Origin: Eubacteriales bacterium
GTDB taxonomy: Bacteria > Bacillota > Clostridia > Oscillospirales > CAG-272
DNA length: 64,000 nt
Direction: 5' to 3'
NCBI GenBank assembly: GCA_045649645.1
Contig: JAZRQH010000172.1
Coordinates: 32,214 to 96,213, forward strand
In this document: positions 36,736-45,454 of the stretch, one piece after another
How the letters are laid out: each line of letters begins with the position of its first letter
Position numbering within the stretch: the stretch's first letter is position 1
Translations under genes and position numbers: made by a program
The notes under the pieces: model-generated
What the model saw: the letters and a program-made list of their open reading frames with translations, nothing else
Databases searched by the model: none
What the model was told of the DNA's origin: nothing

Positions 36736-37551
36736 CTATTTGCAACCGCAGTTGCCGTTGACATCCCTGTAAGAGGGCGGATAGAACTCACTTACGGGAA
36801 AGCTCATTTTCGCAAAGGCCGCACAGGGATCTTCGTCGGTAGATTCAACGCACACCTTGTCAGGAATAGTATATTCGGTAGCGTTTATCATGTACTGGCA
36901 AGGGCGCTCAATGCGCACCACAGAAAAGAATCCAAGGGTTACGTATACACTCTTATAACCATCGTCAACGTCGCATAGGCAGGACGACAAACAATCACAT
37001 ACGTGCTTGGGGATGTCGTCAACACAGCAACAACAGGATCTGCAATGCTCGGGCTTTCCCACCTTTACGCTAAGTGCGATAGGGTCTGTGACCTCGCACA
37101 CAACGGTAGGAGCATTACTTTTGCAGTTTTCGGTAAGCTGAGGCTTATCGCAGAAGCAGGGATTACCGGGTTCACTTCTGAAGATATTCACGTTACCCTC
37201 GCTGCCGTAAAGAATTATCTTCTTTTCGGTTACTGCAATACCGTCAAACTCCTGCACCTTACCGGGACACAGACAAGCCTCAAAGCATATACGTGTATAG
37301 AATCTTACCGTAATCTGATAGAATCCGCGGTTGAACTGCACCGGTTCAAGATCAAGGCAGCTCCATACCACCTTGGTGCTCTTTACCTTGATGGCGGACG
37401 TCTTTTCAATTATCTCCTGACCGAAGCCGGTAAGATATACTCTGACGTCCTCAAAGCAATCCTTGTCACGGCAGCTGTCAAGAATTCTGTTACAATCAAT
37501 ACAGACAGTCTCTGCATTGTTTCCATGGAAACAGTTTTTATTTTCAGCCAT
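36736..37551 (-). CDS. Cysteine-rich protein (27 Cys in 271 aa), candidate spore coat/exosporium component
   Basis: Clean ORF with AGGAGGG 9 nt upstream. Cys clusters include CIDCNRILDSCRDKDC, CFEACLC, CFC, HCRSCCCCVDD, CDCLSSCLC and a C-terminal CGCK. No signal peptide or TM helix. Confidence 0.7.
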   Translation of the reverse strand: MAENKNCFHGNNAETVCIDCNRILDSCRDKDCFEDVRVYLTGFGQEIIEKTSAIKVKSTKVVWSCLDLEPVQFNRGFYQITVRFYTRICFEACLCPGKVQEFDGIAVTEKKIILYGSEGNVNIFRSEPGNPCFCDKPQLTENCKSNAPTVVCEVTDPIALSVKVGKPEHCRSCCCCVDDIPKHVCDCLSSCLCDVDDGYKSVYVTLGFFSVVRIERPCQYMINATEYTIPDKVCVESTDEDPCAAFAKMSFPVSEFYPPSYRDVNGNCGCK

Positions 37552-37606
37552 GGGGATATTCCCTCCTATATGTTATAGAAAACACAAGACATATGTCTTC
37601 TCTAAC

Positions 37607-37633
37607 ATAATATGCACGGCATAAATAAAATGT
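37607..37633 (-). promoter_or_regulatory. Candidate sigma-K-type promoter (AC-N17-CATATTAT) for the Cys-rich gene
   Basis: On the minus strand, AC at 37633..37632, a 17-nt spacer, and CATATTAT at 37614..37607. This fits the remembered sigma-K consensus AC-N16/17-CATAnnnT. The motif is short and AT-rich, so a chance match is possible. Confidence 0.3.
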
Positions 37634-37659
37634 CCCATTGTAGAATCAATGGGACATTT
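37628..37659 (-). terminator. Terminator after the LRR surface-protein gene
   Basis: 13-bp perfect stem AAATGTCCCATTG/CAATGGGACATTT with a 6-nt loop, 3 nt after the stop. Confidence 0.7.
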
Positions 37660-37662
37660 AAG

Positions 37663-40600
37663 TTATTCAACAACAATATGATATAAATTCTCCGACTCGT
37701 CGTCATACCGTACGCAAAGAGTCCAATCGCCGGACGGAAGATCGTTTATAGATATATAACCGTCGATAATATCGGAGGGTTTAATATATCTTGAACCTTG
37801 TGCGTTTTTTACACCGTTATATGATTTCCATATACCGGGTGCATATCTGACGATCACGAGCCCGTCAAGGTCGCCTATGCTGATGCTGTTGCCCTTCTGC
37901 ACAACAGCCGGAACCTTCTTGGAAATATCAACGTGCTCTACGTGCTTGTAACCGTTATAATATTCAACGATTATCGTAACCGTTGTGTTTTCGCGGTACT
38001 GGATCTTATAGGACTCTGCATCCTTGATGGTCGTCTTATTGTTAAAGCAACGTAGACCCTTGGCAGTCTTGATCTCCGCTATGGAATTATATTCGCCGTA
38101 AGCGGTACGGATCACCTTGACGCCCCCGAGATTGCCTACGGTTACCTGAAGACCGTTTACATCAAAGGTAGGAACGTCAACGGTGAGGTTGGTATGAATA
38201 ACATCCTGTGTACCGTCGTTATAACGGATAAGCACGGTATGGTCACCGGGGTTAGCTGTGGTATAAGTAAAGTCGTGGTTTGCAAAATAGTTTGACAGTT
38301 TCGTCGCAGCCGCCTGATACTTTACGGTTGCGTTATTCTTGATTTCAGAATAACTGCTCCATGTACCCTCAGCTATCCACATATCCTTATAGTTTTCGCC
38401 GAAGTCCTTGACAGTAAGTCTGAGACCGTCAGATTCAAGATAAGGATTAATTTCGTTTACGTCACAGTAAAGGAAATAACCCGAACCGTCATTTGTTCTC
38501 ACCCAGAAGGTATATTCACCTACCCAAGGTACCTCGTACGTCATAACACCGTCAACTGTATACTTAGCAACAAGGGCTGCTGAAAGTGTCTGATTCTTCT
38601 CTGCCGCTTTTACATCGGCGCCCGTGGTATAGTGACCGATAGCGTATCTGATCTCCTTGATATCCTCAATACCGTCTATTGTCACAGTATAGTTATTAAC
38701 AGATGTAATATGGAAGGGTGTGAGATCAACAAAGTTGATTCCGTTATTCTGCGCAAACGTTTGTGCGTAGCTGCCCGAATAACCCTCGATAGATACGTTC
38801 GGTGAGTTCTTAAAGGCATCGTAGGAGATATAGGTCGTTGAATCGGGAATAACGATCTTTTTGAGATTTCCGCAGTTACTAAAGGCAAGACCTTCTATTG
38901 TGGTTACGGTATCGGGGATAATTATTTCCTCAACACCTTGGCAATATTGGAAAAGCTTATATGCGACTTTTCCGGTTCCTTCTTCAAAAGTCACACTCTT
39001 AAGAGTTTCGCAACCGTAAAATACCGATCCGCCGGTAGAATTAAGTGCCTTTGGTATCTCAATCCCTGTAAGTGCTGTTCCCATAAAAGCAGATTCACCT
39101 ATGTAAGTAAGTGACTCGGGGAGATCAACCTTTGTTAAACTACTACAATTATAAAACGCTCTGTATGCGATATCGGTAACCGAATCGGGAATGTCTATAG
39201 ATTTAAGTGCCGTACATCCCCTGAAGGTCTCTCTCTGTATCGCACTTATCGCTTCCGGCAGATCTATCTCGGTAAGAGCTGTGCACTGCTGGAAGGCATT
39301 ACCCTGTATCTCAGTTACAGATTCGGGGATATGGACCTTTTTAAGGTTGGAGCAATGCCAGAATGCCAGCCATTCAATAGTAGTAACAGAATCAGGGATA
39401 GTTATTTCTTCAAGACTGACACATCCTGCAAAAAGCTTTTCGGCAACAGTCTCTGTTCCGTCTTCAAAGGTAACCTTTTTAAGATTTTCACAATCTGTAA
39501 AAGGACCCCAATTTACAGTAGCGATACACTTATCAAGGGACTTGGGTATTTGGATCTCGGTAATCGGGATGTTTGCAAATGTTCTCTCACTAAGCTGTAC
39601 AAGGTTAGCGGGTAATTTCAACGATGTCAAATTTTCGCAATCAGCAAATGCCTCTTGAGCAATATATGTAACGTTATCGGGGAAATCCATCTTGGTAAGA
39701 CCGGTGCAACCTCTGAAGGCTTCGTTCTGTATCTCAGTAAGAGAGTTGGGTAATTCGACATATTCAAGGGATTTACAATTCATGAACGCATAAGGCTCAA
39801 TAACCGCAAGAGAATCGGAGAAATTAACGTATTTAAGATTTTCACAGCCGTTAAAAGCATGATTTTCTACGGTGGTGACTGTATCGGGAATCTTTATTTC
39901 CTCAAGGCTATCACAATGCGAAAAGATATTCTGAGGAATCTTTGTAATTCCATCTTCAAAGATTACTTCCTTAAGATACTGACAATCGGCAAAGGGACTG
40001 TCGGCGCCGTTTGCGCCGCCCTTTTCGAGGGTTTTTGGTATCTCAATCTTGGTTATTGCAGTATTCGCAAAAGCTCTGGAATCGATCTGCTTTACAGAAG
40101 CAGGAATAGATATCTCCTTAAGTGATGTACATCCATCAAAAGCACTTGTATATATCATTGTAACGCTGTTGGGGATGGTAAGAGCTTTAATGCCGCCGCA
40201 GTTTTCAAAGGCTCTGTTTTCTATCCTTGTTACGGAGGTAGGTATATGAAGCTTTGCCAAGCCTTTTTCTTCAAAGGCATATGCACCTACGCTTATAACA
40301 GGTTTACCGTCAATATTGGAAGGAAGATTTACCGTATAGTAATTCTTTAAGAATTTTGTGATAATTACGTTATTGTTTGTATCAACAGTGTATTCGTATA
40401 ACGGCACCTGAAAGCCCAAGGAGTCTACGGCATATGCACCGTTACAACCGTTCCAGCCGCTGCCTCCGTAGGCAGAGTCGGAATTAGTATAATATGAGCT
40501 TGAACCGTTACCCTGGGTGCAGGCTGCAACCTCTATATCATCCTCATAATGATGGACTATACGTACGGGGCTGTTGCCTGCATGGTAGAACTCTACCTTG

Positions 40601-42225
40601 GGATTAAAGGAAAACTCTACCTTGCCGAGATCAACCGAAGCATATCCGCCGTATTCTCCGTACAGATATCCGTTAAAGCTTACGCAGGTACCGCTTTCCT
40701 CACCGAACGTCCAGGAGGAGACCTTTACGTTTGCTTTAATACCCATCCTTATGTATACATATGCCGATACAAACGGCAGTTCGGTAACACCGAGAGAAGC
40801 CTTTAAACCTATGGCACCCGTAAGATCAGCATTACAACCGCTTCCTGTCTGATAGAAGCTTTTAACCTCACGCAAACCGCTTTGCTTAGTATATTCAAGA
40901 CCTGCGGTAAGTACACCTGTAACGTAACCGTTAATGCTGCCCGAGAGCTCTACCTCTACCTCAACGGTAAAGCTGCCAACACCGCCTACGTTGACCTTAA
41001 GCAGTGTAACCGAATCCTTACCCTTTGCCGCCAATGGATCGCAGGTTACTCCGTAGCTGATCTCGGCATCGCTGACGAGAGCTACGTATCCGTAATCCTC
41101 GTTCACCTTATAGCTTATCTCGGGATTATCAAGGGTGACCGACAGCGAAATTTCAATGCCGTCAAGGATTTCAAAATCACCCGAAAGGTCGATGGTTTTA
41201 AGCGGTTTAGTGCCGTTTGCTTTTGCCAAGCCATCGGTCTTTTCGCTGATATTCATTTCAACGCCCTCGGCAGGAATAAACTCCATATCATATGCCTTGC
41301 CCTGAGCATCAATAGACGTAATAAACTCCTCGGCGGCAACTGATTGTGTTGAGATGACGGTAACATTATTATTTATTTCAACCGCAAGAGCTGAATAAAT
41401 AACCGGAATATCATTGTAAAAAACAGCAAAGCTGTCACCGACTGAAATTGTTACAGGACTATCGGTAATGCTGACAACTCCGTTTTCATCGGCACTCACT
41501 GCGGTTCCGATCGGAACGACAACAACACCCTCAGCAAACTCGAAGGTATCAACTGTATTTTCATCAATTACTGTTGCTTCAATAATTGACTTTGCATCGT
41601 CAAGCATTATCTCTACCTCGGTATTTGTTACCGCAAGTTCAGGAGAAAAGCATCCGTCGACAAGCCCGAACCATCCACGATCAAGCGATATCTGCGCCGA
41701 TACTGCATCAACAACCGCTTCTGTATCGGCAAAGCTAAGTGCTGTATTCTCTTCAAGTGAATAACCGAGACAGAAGTTAAGTGTACTTGCTGCAAATTCT
41801 CTTGTTAATGCTTCGTCAGGATAAACAGGTTCACCTGCTTCTATATCGACTACACCGAAGGATATATTCAGAATAATATCAGTGTAATAAGGATGATCCT
41901 CGGAAAGGTCACTGAAATAGTTATCCGGAGCTGCCATGGTCTCTACCGTCATTTCAAATACGACAGCTAAGTTATGCAGCCACTGTGCTCTTGTAATAAC
42001 TGATTCTTCACCGTAAACAAGATCATCGCTTGTAGCAGTGATCAAATCTGTTTTGTTTTCCGGCAGTACTACAGTAGTACCTCTGTTCGCACCGGCATTG
42101 TCAACGGTGTTATCAGGAGCTACATTTACAGTAGTCTTAACACCATCGTTACCGGCAAATAAGCCTATGGGCAAAGACGTAAACATAAGCATTACGGTCA
42201 ATATTACCGAAATTACTCTTTTCAT
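37663..42225 (-). CDS. Large secreted cell-surface protein: signal peptide, SLH-like region, beta-rich middle, BspA-type leucine-rich repeats (LRR_5), four C-terminal Ig-like repeats
   Basis: MKRVISVILTVMLMFTSLPIGLFA signal peptide. FSDLSEDHPYYTDI...LTREFAASTL resembles SLH. There are over 20 repeats of IPxSVTxIxxxAFxxCxxLxxI. Start set at ATG 42225; a TTG at 42246 is also possible. Confidence 0.85.
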   Translation of the reverse strand: MKRVISVILTVMLMFTSLPIGLFAGNDGVKTTVNVAPDNTVDNAGANRGTTVVLPENKTDLITATSDDLVYGEESVITRAQWLHNLAVVFEMTVETMAAPDNYFSDLSEDHPYYTDIILNISFGVVDIEAGEPVYPDEALTREFAASTLNFCLGYSLEENTALSFADTEAVVDAVSAQISLDRGWFGLVDGCFSPELAVTNTEVEIMLDDAKSIIEATVIDENTVDTFEFAEGVVVVPIGTAVSADENGVVSITDSPVTISVGDSFAVFYNDIPVIYSALAVEINNNVTVISTQSVAAEEFITSIDAQGKAYDMEFIPAEGVEMNISEKTDGLAKANGTKPLKTIDLSGDFEILDGIEISLSVTLDNPEISYKVNEDYGYVALVSDAEISYGVTCDPLAAKGKDSVTLLKVNVGGVGSFTVEVEVELSGSINGYVTGVLTAGLEYTKQSGLREVKSFYQTGSGCNADLTGAIGLKASLGVTELPFVSAYVYIRMGIKANVKVSSWTFGEESGTCVSFNGYLYGEYGGYASVDLGKVEFSFNPKVEFYHAGNSPVRIVHHYEDDIEVAACTQGNGSSSYYTNSDSAYGGSGWNGCNGAYAVDSLGFQVPLYEYTVDTNNNVIITKFLKNYYTVNLPSNIDGKPVISVGAYAFEEKGLAKLHIPTSVTRIENRAFENCGGIKALTIPNSVTMIYTSAFDGCTSLKEISIPASVKQIDSRAFANTAITKIEIPKTLEKGGANGADSPFADCQYLKEVIFEDGITKIPQNIFSHCDSLEEIKIPDTVTTVENHAFNGCENLKYVNFSDSLAVIEPYAFMNCKSLEYVELPNSLTEIQNEAFRGCTGLTKMDFPDNVTYIAQEAFADCENLTSLKLPANLVQLSERTFANIPITEIQIPKSLDKCIATVNWGPFTDCENLKKVTFEDGTETVAEKLFAGCVSLEEITIPDSVTTIEWLAFWHCSNLKKVHIPESVTEIQGNAFQQCTALTEIDLPEAISAIQRETFRGCTALKSIDIPDSVTDIAYRAFYNCSSLTKVDLPESLTYIGESAFMGTALTGIEIPKALNSTGGSVFYGCETLKSVTFEEGTGKVAYKLFQYCQGVEEIIIPDTVTTIEGLAFSNCGNLKKIVIPDSTTYISYDAFKNSPNVSIEGYSGSYAQTFAQNNGINFVDLTPFHITSVNNYTVTIDGIEDIKEIRYAIGHYTTGADVKAAEKNQTLSAALVAKYTVDGVMTYEVPWVGEYTFWVRTNDGSGYFLYCDVNEINPYLESDGLRLTVKDFGENYKDMWIAEGTWSSYSEIKNNATVKYQAAATKLSNYFANHDFTYTTANPGDHTVLIRYNDGTQDVIHTNLTVDVPTFDVNGLQVTVGNLGGVKVIRTAYGEYNSIAEIKTAKGLRCFNNKTTIKDAESYKIQYRENTTVTIIVEYYNGYKHVEHVDISKKVPAVVQKGNSISIGDLDGLVIVRYAPGIWKSYNGVKNAQGSRYIKPSDIIDGYISINDLPSGDWTLCVRYDDESENLYHIVVE
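37666..38721 (-). repeat. Four tandem ~85-aa domain repeats (protein level) at the C-terminus of the surface protein
   Basis: The recurring pattern is (V/I)T(V/I)...(I/V)RYAxGxxxxxxxIK...(Y/W)T(F/L/V)x(V/I)R(Y/T)xDG...; for example IKEIRYAIGHY, MWIAEGTW, VKVIRTAYGEY and LVIVRYAPGIW. Confidence 0.6.
38722..40332 (-). repeat. LRR_5 (BspA-like) repeat array, ~23-aa units organised in three ~115-aa super-repeats
   Basis: There are three parallel segments. They begin ITKIEIPKTLEKGG...EVIFEDGITKIPQNIF, ITEIQIPKSLDKC...KVTFEDGTETVAEKLF and LTGIEIPKALNSTGG...SVTFEEGTGKVAYKLF. Confidence 0.8.
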
Positions 42226-42264
42226 GATGTTTATTGTTTCCTCCAAAAGTTAAAACATAAGCGA

Positions 42265-42300
42265 TAATAAGCCTTTGATCGTTAAATCAAAGGCTTATTA
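42265..42300 (-). terminator. Long hairpin between the small ATPase gene and the surface-protein gene
   Basis: 15-bp perfect stem TAATAAGCCTTTGAT/ATCAAAGGCTTATTA with a 6-nt loop. On the minus strand it is followed by TCGCTTATGTTTTAAC. Confidence 0.6.
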
Positions 42301-42317
42301 AGTCGAAACATAATTAA

Positions 42318-42725
42318 TTAAACGTACTTCTGAGCGGACTCAGGAAGATCTTCCTTAGCGATGGAGTTGGTAGCAACAACAGTTACGCCGTTCTTTTCGC
42401 TGAATGCGTTGAGCTTGTCAGCGAGAGAAGCAAGCTTATCAACGTCGTTACCGATGATCTTAAGAGCAGAGTCTATGAAGATATGAGTGATATCATGGTT
42501 GCTTGCGTACATACCAACGATCATTCCGTACAGAGAGCAAGCGTTCGCAACTCCGTATTCCTCGGTATCTGCAAGTCTGATATTCTTATCAAGCTCGTGA
42601 ATAAGCTTTGTGCCTTTTTCGATAAAAGCAACACAACCGTTGGTTTCCTTTACCGCAGCATTAGCCTGAGCAACGATCTCCTTGGTCTTGCCTGCGCCCT
42701 TAAGGCCTACAATAAATTTTAACAT
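42318..42725 (-). CDS. Small stand-alone P-loop NTPase (135 aa), function unknown
   Basis: Walker A GLKGAGKT at residues 7-14 and a Walker B-like HIFIDSA. Codon usage resembles that of tsf, rpsB and pgi. Confidence 0.65.
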   Translation of the reverse strand: MLKFIVGLKGAGKTKEIVAQANAAVKETNGCVAFIEKGTKLIHELDKNIRLADTEEYGVANACSLYGMIVGMYASNHDITHIFIDSALKIIGNDVDKLASLADKLNAFSEKNGVTVVATNSIAKEDLPESAQKYV

Positions 42726-42758
42726 AGTTAAACCTCCGTATATTTATATATATTTAAT

Positions 42759-44093
42759 TTATTTTTTAAGTTCAGCTCTTATAGCATCAAACTTTTCACC
42801 CTTCTTGCCGAGAAGAGCAAACATATTGTTCTTGTATGCTTCAACACCGGGCTGATCAAAGGGATTGATGCCCAAAGTATAACCGGATACCGCACATGCA
42901 AGCTCAAAGAAGTATACCATATAACCGAAATCAGCTTCTGTTCTGCCGTCAAGCTCAAGTACGATATTGGGTACAAGTCCTGTAGAGTGAGCGATAATGG
43001 TCGCCTCTGTAGCTGTACGGTTAACCTCGTGCATAGACTTGCCTGCAATATAGTTAAGCTCATCGAGATCTTCGGCGTCAGTGGGGATAAGAATCTCATT
43101 TCTGGATGTAGTGATATCTACTACAGTCTCGAAAATGTTTCTTTCGCCCTCCTGTACGATCTGGCCAAGAGAATGAAGGTCTGTTGAATAAATTACAGAA
43201 TCAGGGAGAATACCCTTTCCGTCCTTACCTTCAGATTCGCCATAAAGCTGCTTCCACCATTCAGCCATAAGAGCGTATGCACTCTCGTAGCATGCCATGA
43301 TCTCAACCTTCTTACCCTTACGGTAAAGAATGTTTCTTACTGCAGCATACTGGAAACAAGAGTTAGAGTCATAGTCAGCAGAGTTAAGCTCATCATAAGC
43401 AGCCTTGGCACCCTCCATGATGGCATCAAGGTCACAGCCCGCAACAGCGATAGGAAGAAGTCCTACTGCGGTAAGTACAGAATATCTGCCACCGATATCA
43501 TCGGGAACCACAAAGGTCTTATAACCCTTCTGATTAGCTAACTGCTTAAGAGCACCCTTTTCCTTATCTGTTGTAACGTAGATTCTGGAACGCGCGCCTT
43601 CCTCGCCATACTTCTTTTCAAGATATTCTCTGAATATTCTGAACGCGATAGCAGGCTCGGTGGTCTTACCGGACTTAGAAATGACGTTTACACATACATC
43701 CTTACCCTCACAGATATCAAGAAGCTCCTTCATCTGAGTGGAAGAAATGTTATTACCTGAGAAGTATATCTCGGGTGTGTCTTTTTTGAGTGTGTTGTAG
43801 AGGGGGCTCTTGATAAATTCGATAGCAGCTCTTGCACCGAGGTAAGAACCTCCGATACCAATAACGATAAGCACGTCGCAGTCCTTTTTGATCTGCTCTG
43901 CTGCCTTCTTTATCTCGTCATACTCCTCTGTTTTGTATCTTAAAGGAAGGTCGTACCAGCCTAAAAAGTCGCTGCCTGCACCTGTTCCCTCCTTTGTTGT
44001 TTTGTAAGCTGTTTCAACTTCACCCTTGATTGCTGATATCTCAGCCTCCGAAACAAATTCGTAAAGGTAGTTTTTGTTGATTCTGATTGCCAA
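42759..44093 (-). CDS. pgi: Glucose-6-phosphate isomerase (Firmicute ~450-aa type)
   Basis: DFLGWYDLP, IGIGGSYLGARA, SKSGKTTEP, GGRYSVLTAVGLLP and QLYGESEGK motifs. Confidence 0.95.
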   Translation of the reverse strand: MAIRINKNYLYEFVSEAEISAIKGEVETAYKTTKEGTGAGSDFLGWYDLPLRYKTEEYDEIKKAAEQIKKDCDVLIVIGIGGSYLGARAAIEFIKSPLYNTLKKDTPEIYFSGNNISSTQMKELLDICEGKDVCVNVISKSGKTTEPAIAFRIFREYLEKKYGEEGARSRIYVTTDKEKGALKQLANQKGYKTFVVPDDIGGRYSVLTAVGLLPIAVAGCDLDAIMEGAKAAYDELNSADYDSNSCFQYAAVRNILYRKGKKVEIMACYESAYALMAEWWKQLYGESEGKDGKGILPDSVIYSTDLHSLGQIVQEGERNIFETVVDITTSRNEILIPTDAEDLDELNYIAGKSMHEVNRTATEATIIAHSTGLVPNIVLELDGRTEADFGYMVYFFELACAVSGYTLGINPFDQPGVEAYKNNMFALLGKKGEKFDAIRAELKK

Positions 44094-44128
44094 TTTGATT
44101 TCCTCCGTGGTGTAAATATATCATATGG

Positions 44129-45271
44129 TCATACCATTATAAATGATTTTAATAATCTTGATATCAGACCAAAATATGTCGTTTTTAAAACGTCGCATGA
44201 AGCAACGATATTATCCTCGTGTACAGCTTCTCCGTTGATGCTGTATATGACCTTACCTACTACGTCGCCCTTTCTCAACGGTGCTTTAACGTTATCCTTA
44301 AGGCGAACCGCGCGCTCGACCAACGCCGTTTTATCCTTTGCCAAAACATCGGTATAATTCGGAATATAATAGTCGGTATAATCACATTCTCCATTTTTGA
44401 CGTACTGCTCTGTCAAAATTTCTTCATCGTAGGACAGCATACCGTAGTTGGCAAATCCGTAGTCAAAAAGCTTTTTAGCCGCCTCGTTACGTATATCACG
44501 GCTCGGAGCCTTCATTATAACGGCTATAAGCTGCATATCATCACGCTTTGCCGATGCCGAGATACAGAATCCCGCCTTAGACGTGGAGCCTGTCTTTAAA
44601 CCGTTAGCGCCTTTATAGAATCTGACAAGACGGTTTGTGTTGGTCAGACCGAAGCTTCCGTCGCGAACGCTGTCCATCCACACCGACGTAAAGTCGAGAA
44701 TCTCGGGAAAACGGTTAATGAGCTCTCGGCTCATGAGCGCTATGTCCCGTGCGCTTGTGTAGTGGTTGGTCACGGTATCGTCAAGTCCGTTGGTGTTTTC
44801 AAAATTAGTATTCACCATGCCGAGCTGCTTAGCCTTGTCGTTCATCATTGCAACAAAGGCTTCTTCGCTGCCGGCAATATGCTCTGCCATAGCGACACAG
44901 GCGTCATTTGCGCTTGCCATAGTAATGGACTTGAGCATATCGGTAACCGAAAACTGTTCGCCCTCCTTGAGGTAGACCTGAGAACCTCCCATAGAAGCTG
45001 CGTTAGCACTGGCACTTATCATATCATCGTACGAAAGTGTGCCTGCTTCTATTGCTTCCATGATCAGAAGCATAGTCATCACCTTTGTCACGGATGCGGG
45101 AATGTGTTTCGTATCAGCTTCTCTTTCGTAAAGCGTTTTGCCCGTGGCAGACTCTATCAGTATGACCGAGGATATCGATTCATCGATACTGACATCTGCA
45201 TTTACAGATATCGGCATAACGTAAATTACACATATTAAAGCCACAATAAAACATACGTATCTTTTCATCAT
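44129..45271 (-). CDS. dacB: D-alanyl-D-alanine carboxypeptidase (S11, PBP5/DacB-like)
   Basis: Signal peptide, an SxxK motif (PASVTKVMT), an SAN motif (ASANDA), a KTGST motif and the C-terminal PBP5_C-like domain. Start set at the ATG after TAGGAG. Confidence 0.88.
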   Translation of the reverse strand: MMKRYVCFIVALICVIYVMPISVNADVSIDESISSVILIESATGKTLYEREADTKHIPASVTKVMTMLLIMEAIEAGTLSYDDMISASANAASMGGSQVYLKEGEQFSVTDMLKSITMASANDACVAMAEHIAGSEEAFVAMMNDKAKQLGMVNTNFENTNGLDDTVTNHYTSARDIALMSRELINRFPEILDFTSVWMDSVRDGSFGLTNTNRLVRFYKGANGLKTGSTSKAGFCISASAKRDDMQLIAVIMKAPSRDIRNEAAKKLFDYGFANYGMLSYDEEILTEQYVKNGECDYTDYYIPNYTDVLAKDKTALVERAVRLKDNVKAPLRKGDVVGKVIYSINGEAVHEDNIVASCDVLKTTYFGLISRLLKSFIMV

Positions 45272-45376
45272 TACAACTCCTAACCTTTTGTTATAAACTA
45301 TGCAAAAGGATGTACAAGTATGATGAAAAATGATGTTCGATACCAAGGTGAACACTTCCCTGGATACTGTATTTAT

Positions 45377-45405
45377 ATTTTACAATATTATGAACAATTT
45401 GTCAA
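45377..45405 (-). promoter_or_regulatory. Sigma-A promoter for dacB (TTGACA-N17-TAAAAT)
   Basis: On the minus strand, TTGACA at 45405..45400, a 17-nt spacer, and TAAAAT at 45382..45377. Confidence 0.55.
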
Positions 45406-45415
45406 CTGATATAAG

Positions 45416-45447
45416 AAAAAAACACGGCATAAAAGCCGTGTTTTTAA
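45416..45447 (-). terminator. Terminator after the DUF4430-like lipoprotein gene
   Basis: AAAAACACGGC-N6-GCCGTGTTTTT. On the minus strand it is followed by TTTTTCTTAT. Confidence 0.7.
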
Positions 45448-45454
45448 AGTTTTT

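Noticed and set aside
38722-40332. Regular ~69-nt periodicity that could be mistaken for a CRISPR or tandem-repeat array
   Set aside because: The periodicity is the 23-codon LRR_5 unit inside a continuous ORF. The repeats are divergent at the DNA level, there is no repeat-spacer organisation, and no cas genes are present.
42318-42725. Idea that the orphan 135-aa P-loop protein is the missing N-terminal domain of the truncated RapZ, i.e. a split gene
   Set aside because: The only similarity is the generic Walker A motif (GxxGAGKT). Other RapZ N-domain features that I recall, such as the DNLP motif, are absent. The genes are 10 kb apart in different transcription units.
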